From Candidatus Eiseniibacteriota bacterium (GTDB taxonomy: Bacteria > Joyebacterota > Joyebacteria > Joyebacterales > Joyebacteraceae), in NCBI GenBank assembly GCA_030595835.1, contig JAUVLG010000002.1, positions 19,147 to 83,146 on the forward strand: a stretch of DNA of 64,000 bases. The letters are read 5' to 3'. The position numbers and the translations under genes are program-made. The notes below the pieces were generated by a model that was given only the letters and a program-made list of their open reading frames with translations, was not told the DNA's origin and did not search any database. Positions 18,973 through 28,690 of this stretch are shown one piece after another. The first letter of the stretch is position 1. Each line of letters begins with the position of its first letter.

Positions 18973-21132
18973 GTGGGCCACAACGGGCCCCTGGGAGGTT
19001 CGATGCAGAGAGTTCTGACGACCCGCCGCACATGCGCGGTACTGCTCGCGGCGACGCTGTCCTCGGCGGCGATACTGTGCACACTCGCGCCGGACGCGCT
19101 CGCCGTCTCAACGTCTTTCTGGAAGACCGACTCGTTCGTGACGGCGGAGGAAGGACGCCTCGAAGGGGTTTCCGTTCTGCGCGACGGGCGGATAGTCCTG
19201 TCACGTGAGTTGGAGATGCTGGATACACCGGAGGCGCAGTACGTGTGGTCCGGCGAGGGCATGGGACGTGGGGTCGTGGTGGTTGCGGGCACGCCCGGGA
19301 GGGTGCTCAGATTGGGCGACGGCGATCCGGTCGAGCTTCTCAGTTTGGAGACGGCTGATTTCCCCGCGATGGCGGTTTCTCCCGAAGGCAGCGTTTTCGT
19401 CGGGACGGCGCCGGGCGGCGAGGTCTACATCATCACGCCCGACGGCGAGAGCCGGCTCTTCTTCGAGACGGGCGAGGGCTACATCTGGAGCATGGCTTTC
19501 TCAACTGATCACGGGCTTCTCGTCGGCACGGGCGACGCCGCGAAGGTCTACGCGGTTGACAACGGCGGATCGGGGGTCGTCATCTACGAGTCGAGCGATG
19601 CGAGTGTCTCCGCTCTGGCCGTCACGGACGGCAGGGTGCTCGCGGGCACCAGTATCGACGGGCTCCTGCTGGACATCACGCCAGGCAGTGACCTGCGGGT
19701 GTTGTGCGACTCCTGGTACGATGAGATCTCCGGTGTGGTGCGCGGCACGGACGGTACCATCTTCTTCGCGGCCACCAGCGTGTCGCTCGAGGACATACTG
19801 GACGGCAACGGAAACGGCGACAGCGGCTACGGCTCGGGCTTTGGCGAGGGAGCCGTGTTTCGGATTACACCCGGCGGGGGTGCAGTCGAGCTATGGCATT
19901 CGCGGAGCGCGCCCGTTACCTCACTCGGGCTTTCGCCGGACGGCCTGATACTGGCGGGCACGGGGTCCGGCGGCCGGATCTACGCCGTGGGCCACGACGG
20001 CACCGCCGATCTGGTCGCGGAGCTGGAGGGGGAGGAGGTGCTCTCTATCCGGGGTACCGGAGACGCGATCGTGACCACCGGCGCGCCGGGAGCGGTCTAC
20101 AGGATGGGCCCGGACACAGCCCGGTCCGGTGAGTACGAATCGGAGGTGTTCGATGCGCGCTCGACATCTGCCTGGGGTGAACTGGCGTGGAAGGCGGATG
20201 TGCCCGCCGGGGCTGGCGTGGAGTTCTTCGCGAGGTCGGGCAACACCGGTGACCCGGACGAGACGTGGAGTGAGTGGACGCCTGTCGCAGGGAGAGGGGG
20301 CGGGCAGATCGTGAGCCCCTCGGCGCGGTTCCTCCAATGGAAGGCCGTGTTGAGCCGAGGTTCCAGTGGGGCGGGCCCCGAACTGCTCAGCGTGGAGGCC
20401 GCCTACCTGCGCGAGAACCTCCCGCCTCTCGTGTCGTCCGTGACCGTATACGAGCCCGGCGACATCGTCACGGGCCCCGCCGGCGGAGCGAACGATTCCT
20501 CCGTCTCGCAGACTCTGCCGGGTGGAGTCGAGGTGACATACTCGCTCGACCCCGTTGCGTCCCCTGACCGCGAGCTTCCTGTGCTCCTGCGCGGGATGAG
20601 AACGGCGTCGTGGGAGGCGCTCGATCCGAACGGTGACGCGCTGTCGTTTGATATCTACCTGAAGTCGGACGACGAGGAGGACTGGAAGCTAGTAGAAGAA
20701 AGCGTCCTTCGGCGGACGCTGCACACCTGGGACACTGCTGCGATGACCGACGGTGTCTACCGACTGAAAGTGAAGGCGACAGACCGGCAGTCCAATCCGA
20801 AGGAGTCCACGCTTACGGCTTCGGCAGAAAGCCCGCCCTTCACTGTCGATCACACGCCGCCCGAGTTCACGCGCGTCGATGTCTCCTCGTCGGCCGGCGG
20901 GCTGACCGTCAGTGGAGTTGTCACGGACGCGGCCAGCCAGGTGATGTTCGTCGACGTGTCCGTCGACTACGGCGTCTGGAGACCGGCGTTCGCGGACGAC
21001 GGCATGTTCGATTCGTGCAGCGAGTCGTTCAGGCTTGTGATAGAGGGGCTGGAAGAGGGGGAGCACGCCGTGTCAGTGCGGGCGGCGGATCGCTCCGGGA
21101 ATCCCGTCGTCGTGCGGAAGTTGTCGTGGTAG
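18973..21132 (+). CDS. Secreted beta-propeller protein with C-terminal Ig-like/Y_Y_Y-like domain (sensor-ectodomain-like)
   Basis: Probable signal peptide from the internal Met (MQRVLTTRRTCAVLLAATLSSAAILCTLAPDALA). Repeated G-x-V/I-x-x-G-T/S blade-like motifs. The C-terminal region (DGVYRLKVKATDRQSNPKESTLTASAESPPFTVDHTPP) resembles the Y_Y_Y domain found after two-component regulator propeller repeats. Only 8 nt separate it from the preceding gene. Confidence 0.55.
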   Translation: MGHNGPLGGSMQRVLTTRRTCAVLLAATLSSAAILCTLAPDALAVSTSFWKTDSFVTAEEGRLEGVSVLRDGRIVLSRELEMLDTPEAQYVWSGEGMGRGVVVVAGTPGRVLRLGDGDPVELLSLETADFPAMAVSPEGSVFVGTAPGGEVYIITPDGESRLFFETGEGYIWSMAFSTDHGLLVGTGDAAKVYAVDNGGSGVVIYESSDASVSALAVTDGRVLAGTSIDGLLLDITPGSDLRVLCDSWYDEISGVVRGTDGTIFFAATSVSLEDILDGNGNGDSGYGSGFGEGAVFRITPGGGAVELWHSRSAPVTSLGLSPDGLILAGTGSGGRIYAVGHDGTADLVAELEGEEVLSIRGTGDAIVTTGAPGAVYRMGPDTARSGEYESEVFDARSTSAWGELAWKADVPAGAGVEFFARSGNTGDPDETWSEWTPVAGRGGGQIVSPSARFLQWKAVLSRGSSGAGPELLSVEAAYLRENLPPLVSSVTVYEPGDIVTGPAGGANDSSVSQTLPGGVEVTYSLDPVASPDRELPVLLRGMRTASWEALDPNGDALSFDIYLKSDDEEDWKLVEESVLRRTLHTWDTAAMTDGVYRLKVKATDRQSNPKESTLTASAESPPFTVDHTPPEFTRVDVSSSAGGLTVSGVVTDAASQVMFVDVSVDYGVWRPAFADDGMFDSCSESFRLVIEGLEEGEHAVSVRAADRSGNPVVVRKLSW

Positions 21133-21246
21133 CTCTTCCTACGGGGCTTTCCGGTCCCGCGAAACCCCAGGAGGGCGTCCGGAGTCACATGTACGTGGAG
21201 TTGCAGCTACTTCTGGTCTCTCGGGGTCAGGTCGGAGGTCTCACGG

Positions 21247-21783
21247 GTGGATTGCACGGCGAACAGACGACTGATGGACGAGAAGCTGGATGGGAACATC
21301 ACGGCCGACGACGCGCGCGCCCTCGAGGCGCATCTCTCCGCGTGCTCCTCATGCCGTCGCGAATGGGAAGTCCTCGTCGCGGTGGATCGGGTGCTCGCCG
21401 ATGTTCCACTGGAGCGGGCGCCGGCCGGGTTCGAGCAGTCCGTCGTTGCTGAGATAGTCCGGTGCGTGGAGGCCCGCCGCCGGAGCGAGTCGATCGGCAT
21501 CCCCGTTGCCTGTGGTGTGGCTGCCGTCGCGGCAGGCTACGGCGTGCACCGCGTCGTGAACTGGGAGGCCGCGCGCTCGTTCGTTCGTGGGATAGGCGAG
21601 GCCGCGAACGGAGTACTGGCGCCGCTCGCCGAGCCCCTTGCAAGAACGCCCGACTTCGTGACGACCTGGTCACAGGAGCCGGGCGCTGTTGGTGCCCTGC
21701 TTGCGCTGGCCGTGGCCGCTGTCTTCTTCCTTGGCTTGAGCGCCCTCCGATTCGTCAGACAGAACGCTTTCGAGTGGCACTAG
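21247..21783 (+). CDS. Anti-sigma factor, zf-HC2 type, with C-terminal transmembrane segment
   Basis: GTG start with GGAGG 8 nt upstream; zf-HC2 motif ARALEAHLSACSSCRREWE; C-terminal TM segment AVGALLALAVAAVFFLGLSAL. Confidence 0.65.
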   Translation: MDCTANRRLMDEKLDGNITADDARALEAHLSACSSCRREWEVLVAVDRVLADVPLERAPAGFEQSVVAEIVRCVEARRRSESIGIPVACGVAAVAAGYGVHRVVNWEAARSFVRGIGEAANGVLAPLAEPLARTPDFVTTWSQEPGAVGALLALAVAAVFFLGLSALRFVRQNAFEWH

Positions 21784-21882
21784 AGGTCCGCCGAGCGTGA
21801 CGCCAGAGGCCCCGCGCGAGTAACGCCGGAGGCCCCGCGCGGAGAACCGCACGGGGCCCCTTCAGATTTCCGGTCTACCGCT

Positions 21883-22326
21883 CTACTCGTCGTCTCCGGA
21901 AACGACCCTGACAGATTCACCGGTTCCGCCTGTCGGCGGGCTGAAGATCACGGGCTCGCCGTTCTGTTTCTCGTCTCCCACGACCTTCCTGCGGATCGCG
22001 TAGTAGATGATAAGGCCGAGCCCGACGAAGAACGGAACGAGCGCGCCGGTCAGGGCGTCGTTCAGCACGCCGAGCGCAATGAAGCCGATGAAGAGCGCGA
22101 TCCCGATGGCCGTGAAGAAGATACCCCAGCCGAGTGTGGCTGTGCCGGAGCTCTTCTTGCCCGCGATCAGCCGGTAGTCGTAGATGCCCTTGTCGAGCGT
22201 TTTCTGGTAGGTCTGCTGCCTGATCTCCTGGGAGCGGTTGATGCCCTTCATGATGAGCATGATCATGAGAACGCCACCGGCTATCGAGACCAGGGCCGTC
22301 AAGAAACTGAAGAAGAACATGTGCAC
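21883..22326 (-). CDS. Hypothetical membrane protein (3 predicted TM segments)
   Basis: ORF trimmed to the GTG/ATG after the RBS GAGGAGG: MFFFSFLTALVSIAGGVLMIMLIMKG...ATLGWGIFFTAIGIALFIGFIALGVL...LVPFFVGLGLIIYYAIRRK; the longer N-terminal extension lacks an RBS. Confidence 0.5.
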   Translation of the reverse strand: MHMFFFSFLTALVSIAGGVLMIMLIMKGINRSQEIRQQTYQKTLDKGIYDYRLIAGKKSSGTATLGWGIFFTAIGIALFIGFIALGVLNDALTGALVPFFVGLGLIIYYAIRRKVVGDEKQNGEPVIFSPPTGGTGESVRVVSGDDE

Positions 22327-22667
22327 GGTCGCCTCCTCGTTGTTTTTCCCACCGCGGTCGTCCCGAAAGGAAAGGGTTGGTTCCCGAACGTCCGGCCCGC
22401 GGCAGAGCCCCATTGTCACTCTCTTTACCGTACGCTATGACACCTCTTCCGATCGGGGTGTTTCAGGGGCGCGAGCGGGACCGGGGATATTCCAGGGCAA
22501 AGGCTGCGGGTTCCCGGGTCTGAAACGCCTCATTGTGGGCAAAAGCGCTTGGATTCTGAGGTCCTTCTGGTAGCATTGTGGGTTGAACCTGGCTGGTCGG
22601 CACGCGGACGCGCGGCCCGAGCAAGTGCCTAGCTGGCCGCCGCCCGTGGGCGGGCGCGGAGGAGCCT

Positions 22668-23279
22668 TTGGCTGGGTCGAACCTGACGCGTGAGTACACG
22701 CCGACGGATGAAGAGCTGATCGCGAGAGTCCTGGCCGGCGACGAGGCGTCCTACGGGACGCTGGTCACCCGGTACCGGGACTACGTGTACACGATCGCCG
22801 TACGGATCGTGGGAAGCGATGAGGACGCGGAAGACGTCGCTCAGGAAGCGTTCGTCCGAGCGTACCGCGCGCTTCCCAGGTTCAGAGGGGACTCCAAGTT
22901 TTCGAGCTGGCTCTACCGCATCGCGACCAACCGCGCGCTCACACATCTGAAGAAGCGCCGGAGGCGAGCGGACACCGTCGACATCGAGTCGGGGTCTCAC
23001 GTGGAGGCCGTTGTCATCGACGACGGCCGCGGCGAGGTAGCGAGTCCGGAGCTTCTGGTCCGGAATGAGGAGTTCAGGCGTGCGGTTCGCGCCGCCGTTC
23101 TCGAACTTCCCGAGCAGTACCGTGTCGTTGTTACGCTCTTCTATCTGGAGGAGAGAAGCTACAAGGAGGTAGTGGCCACACTCGGGATTCCCATGGGAAC
23201 CCTGAAGACGCACCTGCATCGCGCAAGGGCGCTGCTCAGGGACATCCTCACGAAACATCATCTGGAAAGCGGGAGGTAG
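22668..23279 (+). CDS. RNA polymerase ECF-type sigma-70 factor
   Basis: 203 aa; region 2 (YRDYVYTIAVRIVGSDEDAEDVAQEAFVRAYRALPRFRGDSKFSSWLYRIATNRAL) and region 4 (LPEQYRVVVTLFYLEERSYKEVVATLGIPMGTLKTHLHRAR). TTG start as given by the ORF track. Confidence 0.85.
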   Translation: MAGSNLTREYTPTDEELIARVLAGDEASYGTLVTRYRDYVYTIAVRIVGSDEDAEDVAQEAFVRAYRALPRFRGDSKFSSWLYRIATNRALTHLKKRRRRADTVDIESGSHVEAVVIDDGRGEVASPELLVRNEEFRRAVRAAVLELPEQYRVVVTLFYLEERSYKEVVATLGIPMGTLKTHLHRARALLRDILTKHHLESGR

Positions 23280-23281
23280 GT

Positions 23282-24097
23282 TTGGACAAGAGCTGTCTCG
23301 ATACCATACTCGACAGGCGCAGCATCCTGAAGTTCAAGGACGACGATGTCTCGTCCGACGTGCTGGACAAGGTGCTCCACGCGGCGCTCAGAGCATCCGG
23401 ACCGGGCGGAACGCTGAAGGGTGGGTACAGGGGTTCCCAGCCGTTCTCCATCATAGTGGTACGCGACCGCGCCAGGCGCGCGCAGCTCAACGAGCTTCTG
23501 TGCGAGGGCAGAAGGCCCTGCATCGAGAAGGCGCCGGTCTCGCTGGTCTTCTGCGTGGACACGCACCGCATGAACAGGTGGTGTGCCCTCGGCGGGGGCG
23601 CTCCTCACTTCAAGGGCATAGGTGTTCTGTGGGTGGCCCTGAGAGGCGTCTACACGGCAGCGCAGAATGCGGTCCTCGCCGCCGAGTCGCTGGGGCTGGG
23701 TTCGCAGTACATCCAGGAGATAGTCTGGCAGCCTTACACAACGCTCGGCTTCTTCCAGCTGCCGCCGCAGGTGCTCCCAGTCGCCATGCTGATCATTGGT
23801 CACCCCGAGGAGCGTCCACAGCTTGCACCGTCGCTCCCGCTTGAGGCCATCGTCCACAGGGAAGTCTACAGCGATCCGTCCGATGAGGAACTCGTGGAGT
23901 ACTTCGCCGACAAGGAGAAGTACTTCCAGGACTGGCTGGAGGGCCTTCCGGAGGACTCGAAGCTCAAGCGTCACATCGAGTCCGAGGGAGTGACCACTCT
24001 GGCACAGTGGGTCTCGCAACTCACCTACACCGAGAGCTTCTACAAGTGGAGAGACGACGCGGTCCGCACCAACCTGCACCTCTCTGAGCTGGAGTAG
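23282..24097 (+). CDS. Nitroreductase-family flavoprotein
   Basis: 271 aa; LDTILDRRSILKFKDDDV...VLHAALRASGPGG... is a nitroreductase/NADH-oxidase fold N-terminus. It starts 3 nt after the sigma-factor stop, so it is co-transcribed. Confidence 0.8.
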   Translation: MDKSCLDTILDRRSILKFKDDDVSSDVLDKVLHAALRASGPGGTLKGGYRGSQPFSIIVVRDRARRAQLNELLCEGRRPCIEKAPVSLVFCVDTHRMNRWCALGGGAPHFKGIGVLWVALRGVYTAAQNAVLAAESLGLGSQYIQEIVWQPYTTLGFFQLPPQVLPVAMLIIGHPEERPQLAPSLPLEAIVHREVYSDPSDEELVEYFADKEKYFQDWLEGLPEDSKLKRHIESEGVTTLAQWVSQLTYTESFYKWRDDAVRTNLHLSELE

Positions 24098-24163
24098 GCG
24101 GCGTGGCCATCGCGACCGAGGGGCGCATCAGGCTCGCGAGCGGCGCGGGCCCTAGGAGCTAGC

Positions 24164-25388
24164 GTGGAACGCGAGATCCTCGCCCTGATCCTCTCCGTTG
24201 TCCTCATCGTTCTGCTGGTCCGCTTCCGCGTGGATCTGGGTGTTTCCATGCTCGCGGGAGCCGCGACGCTCGCGCTGGTGGTTGGACGCGCCCCGCTCTG
24301 GACGCGCCCCGCTCTGGACGCTTGTCGAGCTGGGGCGCGCCGCGATCGCGCACGACACACTGCTGCTCCTCGCGCGGATTATCACGATCATGGCCCTGAG
24401 CGCGCTGGCGGGGAAGCTCGGCTATCTGGACCGCTTCGCATCGGGCCTCCGTGCACTCATCTCCGACAACCGCATCGTCGTCGCGCTTATCCCCGCGTTC
24501 GGGGGGATGCTCCCGATGCCAGGTGGCACCATGCTGACGGCTCCGATGGTCGAGAGCGCCGTCAGCACCGGGCACGCCACACCGGAACAGAAGCTCTTCG
24601 TCAGCTACTGGTTCCGGCACGTCTGGGAATACATCTGGCCGCTCTACCCGGGCGTGGTAGTGGGCGCGGCGCTGGTCAACAGACCCGTGAGCGACTTCTT
24701 CCTCTACAACTGGCCCATCACGCTGGCGGCTATCGCCTCCGGCGCCTTCTTCGTTCTCCGCAGAGTCGACGCCGGCAGGAACCACCGTTTGAGAGATGGA
24801 GTCATGGGCGGGTGGAAGAACATCCTCATCGGCGTGTGGCCGTTCGGCGTTGTCGTCGCTGGCGTGCTCGTCCTCCAGATCGAGCTGATCCTGGTCATCC
24901 TGGTGGTCATCGCAGTGCTCGTGATCCTGGAGCGCCCCGCCGGCACGCATATCTGGCGGGCGTTCCGGCGCGGGACGGAGTTTCAGATAGTGACGCTGAT
25001 CGTTGGCGTGGCGGCGTACCAGCATCTGCTTGATGCGGTCTCGGTCGTGGACGCGATCCCGCCGCTTCTGCTGAGGATGAGTCTTCCGGAGGTCGTCGTC
25101 ATCGCTGTCGTACCGATGATAATCGGACTCATCACCGGCGTGACTCTGGCCTTCATTGCCGTGAGCTTCCCTCTGCTTATCCCACTAATGGGCGGCCCGG
25201 ACATCAACATGGAGCTCGTCATGCTGGGCTTCGCCTCCGGGTTCGTGGGCTGCCTGCTCTCTCCTGTTCACCTCTGCCTCGTGATCACTCGGGAGTACTT
25301 CGGCGCCAGTTGGGGCGGTATCTACCGCATGCTCCTGCCGGCTTGCGCGGTCATCATGGTCGTTGCGGCGCTCATCGTGCTCCTGTAG
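24164..25388 (+). pseudogene. DUF401-like polytopic membrane protein gene interrupted by a +1 frameshift (16-bp tandem duplication)
   Basis: The N-terminal frame (24164; MEREILALILSVVLIVLLVRFRVDLGVSMLAGAATLALVVGRAPLWT) switches to the 24198 frame (...LVELGRAAIAHDTLLLLARIITIMALSALAGKL... through 25388). Removing one copy of the 16-nt repeat at 24285-24316 restores a single ~400-aa ORF (GRAPLWT|LVELGRAAIAH). Confidence 0.6.
24285..24316 (+). repeat. Perfect 16-bp tandem duplication (gacgcgccccgctctg x2) causing the frameshift
   Basis: Read directly from the sequence: 24285-24300 is identical to 24301-24316. Confidence 0.9.
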
Positions 25389-25503
25389 GATAGGCGCTTA
25401 ATCCAATAGACGGGCGCGTCATCGATGGAAGCGCGAATCATCGAACTGGCGCGGGTCATCGAGCTGGTGCGCACTGTCCACGCGATCGCGCGCGGGAGAT
25501 ACC

Positions 25504-26451
25504 TTGAAGGGGTCAAAGGGTGCTGTCCTGGCCACGATCGCTGCTGGACTGCTGTGGGGGTCGTCGTTTGCCGTCGTCAAGATCGGTCTGCGTTCGATAG
25601 ATCCCTTCTGGTTCGTCTTCTTGCGGTTCGCCGTCGCCTCGGTGCTGGTGGTTCTGTTCAGCGTGCTGACGGGAAGGACCCGCCGGGTCCTCGCGCTCCT
25701 CAGGAATCCGCTGGTCCTGTGGCTGGGTATCACGAACGCCGCCGGTTTCGTGTTCCAGTTCAAGGGGCAGACGATGACGACGGCCGCGAACGCCGCGCTC
25801 CTCATCAATGCAAGTACGCTCTTCGTGGCGATGGCGTCGCGCGTGGTTTTCCGCGAGCGATTCGGTCCGCTCAAGGTGATTGCCGTGCTGGTGGGAATGG
25901 CCGGTGTTTTCCTGGTGACGACCGGGGGCCGTCCATCCGCGGCGACGGGCGCCGCTCTGCACGGCGACCTGCTGGTCCTGACGGCCGCCTTTCTGTGGAC
26001 GTTCTTCATCCTGCTCAACAAGCAGATCGTCGCCGGCCACGCCGTGGACGTGCACGCGCTGACGGCGGCCATGGTCGTCGTGACCACGCTGATCGCACTT
26101 CCCGTCGCGCTTGTCTTCGGGGAAGGCGGCTTCCCCAAGATGTCAGTCCAGTTGTGGACCGTGCCGTACACGGCGGTCTTTTGTTCGATCGCGCCGTTCT
26201 ACCTGTGGACGTGGGGTCTGAAGCGCATTACGGCGACCACGTCTAGCGTCGTGTTGTTGGTTGAGATCGTGTTCGCGCTGGTGTTCGCCGCCGTGTTGCT
26301 CGGGGAGCGGCTCTCCCCGGTCGCGCTCGTGGGCAGCGCCCTGATCCTCGCCGCGGTAGCGCTTGCGTCGAGGGAGAAGGGCGAAGAGGCACCGGTGGGT
26401 CCGGACGTGGTTCCGGAAGAGACCGGTGTTCGGTCTATGGAGAAGCAATGA
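25504..26451 (+). CDS. DMT-superfamily (EamA-like) transporter
   Basis: 315 aa, ten predicted TM segments, two EamA-like halves (LWGSSFAVVKIGL...; LLNKQIVAGHAVD...TWGLKRITATTSSVVLLVEIVFALVFAAVLLGE). Confidence 0.8.
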   Translation: MKGSKGAVLATIAAGLLWGSSFAVVKIGLRSIDPFWFVFLRFAVASVLVVLFSVLTGRTRRVLALLRNPLVLWLGITNAAGFVFQFKGQTMTTAANAALLINASTLFVAMASRVVFRERFGPLKVIAVLVGMAGVFLVTTGGRPSAATGAALHGDLLVLTAAFLWTFFILLNKQIVAGHAVDVHALTAAMVVVTTLIALPVALVFGEGGFPKMSVQLWTVPYTAVFCSIAPFYLWTWGLKRITATTSSVVLLVEIVFALVFAAVLLGERLSPVALVGSALILAAVALASREKGEEAPVGPDVVPEETGVRSMEKQ

Positions 26452-26577
26452 AAGTGAAAAGGAACCGCGCCGTTGATGGGGACGAGGCGATCGGGCTGGA
26501 TCCCGAACACGCAATGGCGGTCGAGTCGAAGGAGAGGCTTGAGGTCGAGCACCCGTAGGTATGTTGGGAGAGTCCCA

Positions 26578-28569
26578 ATGAGCGAGAAGAAGCGGCTCGG
26601 AAAGGAAGCATACGGCGGCGTCCCGGGCGAGAGCTACAGCCCGTACGTCAAACACGACGAGACGATGCGCGAGCTCACGCTGCGCGCCGTTGTCGTAGGC
26701 ATTCTGGTGGGCGTCGTTTTCGGGGCGGCAAACGCCTACATAGGGCTCAAGGTGGGCATCACCGTCGGGGCGTCCATCCCGGCCGCCGTCATCGCGATCG
26801 CGATCTCCAAGTTCTGGCGTGCGACCGTACTGGAGAACAACATGGTCCAGACGGTCGGCTCGGCCGGCGAGTCGCTCGCCGCGGGCGTCATCTTCACGGT
26901 CCCCGCGCTCATCGTGCTCGGATTCATGCCGCAGCTCTCGAAGATCTTCATTCTCTCGGTGGTCGGAGGACTGCTCGGCGTCTTCTTCATGATCCCGCTG
27001 AGAAAGCACCTGATCGTCCGCGAGCACGGCAGGCTCCCGTACCCGGAGGGCACGGCGTGCGCCGAGGTGCTCGTCGCCGGTGATCACGGCGGGACGATGG
27101 TCAAGCGCGTCATGGCCGGCGTCGGCATCGGTGCTCTGTACAAGTTCATCATGGAGGGCATGGAGCTCTGGAGCTACAAGCCGGAGTGGGACATCCGCGG
27201 CATCAAGGGCGCGCGTATCGGTGGTGAGATCACACCGGCCCTTCTCGGTGTGGGCTATGTCATCGGCCCAAGGATCGCGGGCATCATGTTCGCCGGCGGA
27301 GCCATCGGGTGGCTCGTTCTCATCCCCATCATCAAGATGATGGGAAGCGGGCTCTCCGAGCCTCTCTACCCGGCAACGGTTCTCATCAGGGACATGGGAC
27401 CGGCCGCGATATGGAACAACTACATCAGGTACATCGGGGCCGGAGCAGTGGCGTTTGGCGGGCTCGTGACGCTTATCAGGGCCATCCCGACCATGGTGCG
27501 GTCGTTCGGCTCGGGTGTCAGGGAGGCCGCTCGCGACCGCGCGGGCGGCGGCGGAGCCGTCAGGCGCACGGCACTGGATCTGCCGGTCAAGTACGTGATG
27601 GCGGGCGCTCTGGCGCTGGGAGTCCTTTCCTGGCTTCTCCCTCAGATTCCGGTCAACGTGGTCGGCGCGATACTCATAGTGGTCTTCAGCTTCTTCTTCG
27701 TCACGGTCAGCTCAAGCATCGTGGGGTTGGTGGGCAGCACGTCGAACCCGGCCTCGGGAATGACGATAGGTACGCTCCTGGCGACGAGCCTGATCTTCCT
27801 CGGCCTCGGGTGGACCGGGACCGCGGGCATGATCGCCGCCATCTCGGTCGGGGCGGTGGTCTGCATCGCCATCTGCATTGCGAGTGATACGTCGCAGGAT
27901 CTCAAGACCGGGTTCCTGGTAGGCGCGACGCCGCGCCGGCAGCAGTATGGTGAGATCATCGGTGTTCTGTCCTCGGCGCTTGTCATCGGCTGGGTCGTCT
28001 TCTTCCTTCACAGGGTCTACGGGATCGGTTCGGAACAGCTGCCCGCTCCCCAGGCCGTCCTGATGTCGATGGTCGTGAAGGGCGTTCTGACGATGTCGCT
28101 GCCGTGGACGCTGGTCTTCATCGGTGTGTTCATCGCCGCCTGCATCGAGCTCTTGGGAATACCGTCGCTGCCGTTCTCGGTCGGGCTCTATCTTCCGATC
28201 AGGCTCTCGACGCCCATCATGATCGGTGGGATTGTCAGGCAGATGACCGAGCGCATCAAGAACGTGGACATCCGGCACCGCCTGCGGGAGCGGGGAGTGC
28301 TGTACGGGTCGGGTCTCATTGCGGGCGGCGGCGTGATGGGCATTATCGTGGCGGCGCTATACAACTCATCGCTCCAGAGCGAGAAGCTCCTCGCGGCAGG
28401 CGAGCCGGTCGGCGCCGCGACCAGGGTCACGGCGACGTTCTACAACTTCATCAACGTCGGGTACGGCTGGGCCGGGAGCTGGGCGGGCGTCGTTGCGCTC
28501 GTGGCATTCGGAGCTCTGACCATGACGCTCGTGTGGAACATCTGGTCTGGAGACAGGCGCGGGGAGTAG
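26578..28569 (+). CDS. OPT-family oligopeptide transporter
   Basis: Start at the ATG after GGGAGAG: MSEKKRLGKEAYGGVPGESYSPYVKHDETMRELTLRAVVVGILVGVVFGAANAYIGLKVGITVGASIPAAVIAIAI... is the typical OPT N-terminus; about 16 TM segments. Confidence 0.85.
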   Translation: MSEKKRLGKEAYGGVPGESYSPYVKHDETMRELTLRAVVVGILVGVVFGAANAYIGLKVGITVGASIPAAVIAIAISKFWRATVLENNMVQTVGSAGESLAAGVIFTVPALIVLGFMPQLSKIFILSVVGGLLGVFFMIPLRKHLIVREHGRLPYPEGTACAEVLVAGDHGGTMVKRVMAGVGIGALYKFIMEGMELWSYKPEWDIRGIKGARIGGEITPALLGVGYVIGPRIAGIMFAGGAIGWLVLIPIIKMMGSGLSEPLYPATVLIRDMGPAAIWNNYIRYIGAGAVAFGGLVTLIRAIPTMVRSFGSGVREAARDRAGGGGAVRRTALDLPVKYVMAGALALGVLSWLLPQIPVNVVGAILIVVFSFFFVTVSSSIVGLVGSTSNPASGMTIGTLLATSLIFLGLGWTGTAGMIAAISVGAVVCIAICIASDTSQDLKTGFLVGATPRRQQYGEIIGVLSSALVIGWVVFFLHRVYGIGSEQLPAPQAVLMSMVVKGVLTMSLPWTLVFIGVFIAACIELLGIPSLPFSVGLYLPIRLSTPIMIGGIVRQMTERIKNVDIRHRLRERGVLYGSGLIAGGGVMGIIVAALYNSSLQSEKLLAAGEPVGAATRVTATFYNFINVGYGWAGSWAGVVALVAFGALTMTLVWNIWSGDRRGE

Positions 28570-28690
28570 TCCCGGGCACAGGGCTGTTGGAGTGCCGATT
28601 CGCGCGTTTCAGGACGCCGGCGCGCCTGAATGTTGCGTGTCTGTCTGGCGTCTATCATGAGTGGCCGCACACTATAGTGCTGAATCCGCT

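Noticed and set aside
16722-19292. 856-aa minus-strand ORF
   Set aside because: Antisense to the S55-like and propeller genes; extreme Arg/Pro/Ser bias and no motifs; the plus-strand genes have signal peptides and RBSs.
22327-22667. ECF-type autoregulated promoter (GGAAC-N16-CGTC) upstream of the sigma gene
   Set aside because: A GAACC...CGGAC arrangement exists near 22575-22610 but does not fit the AAC/CGT consensus well enough to call.
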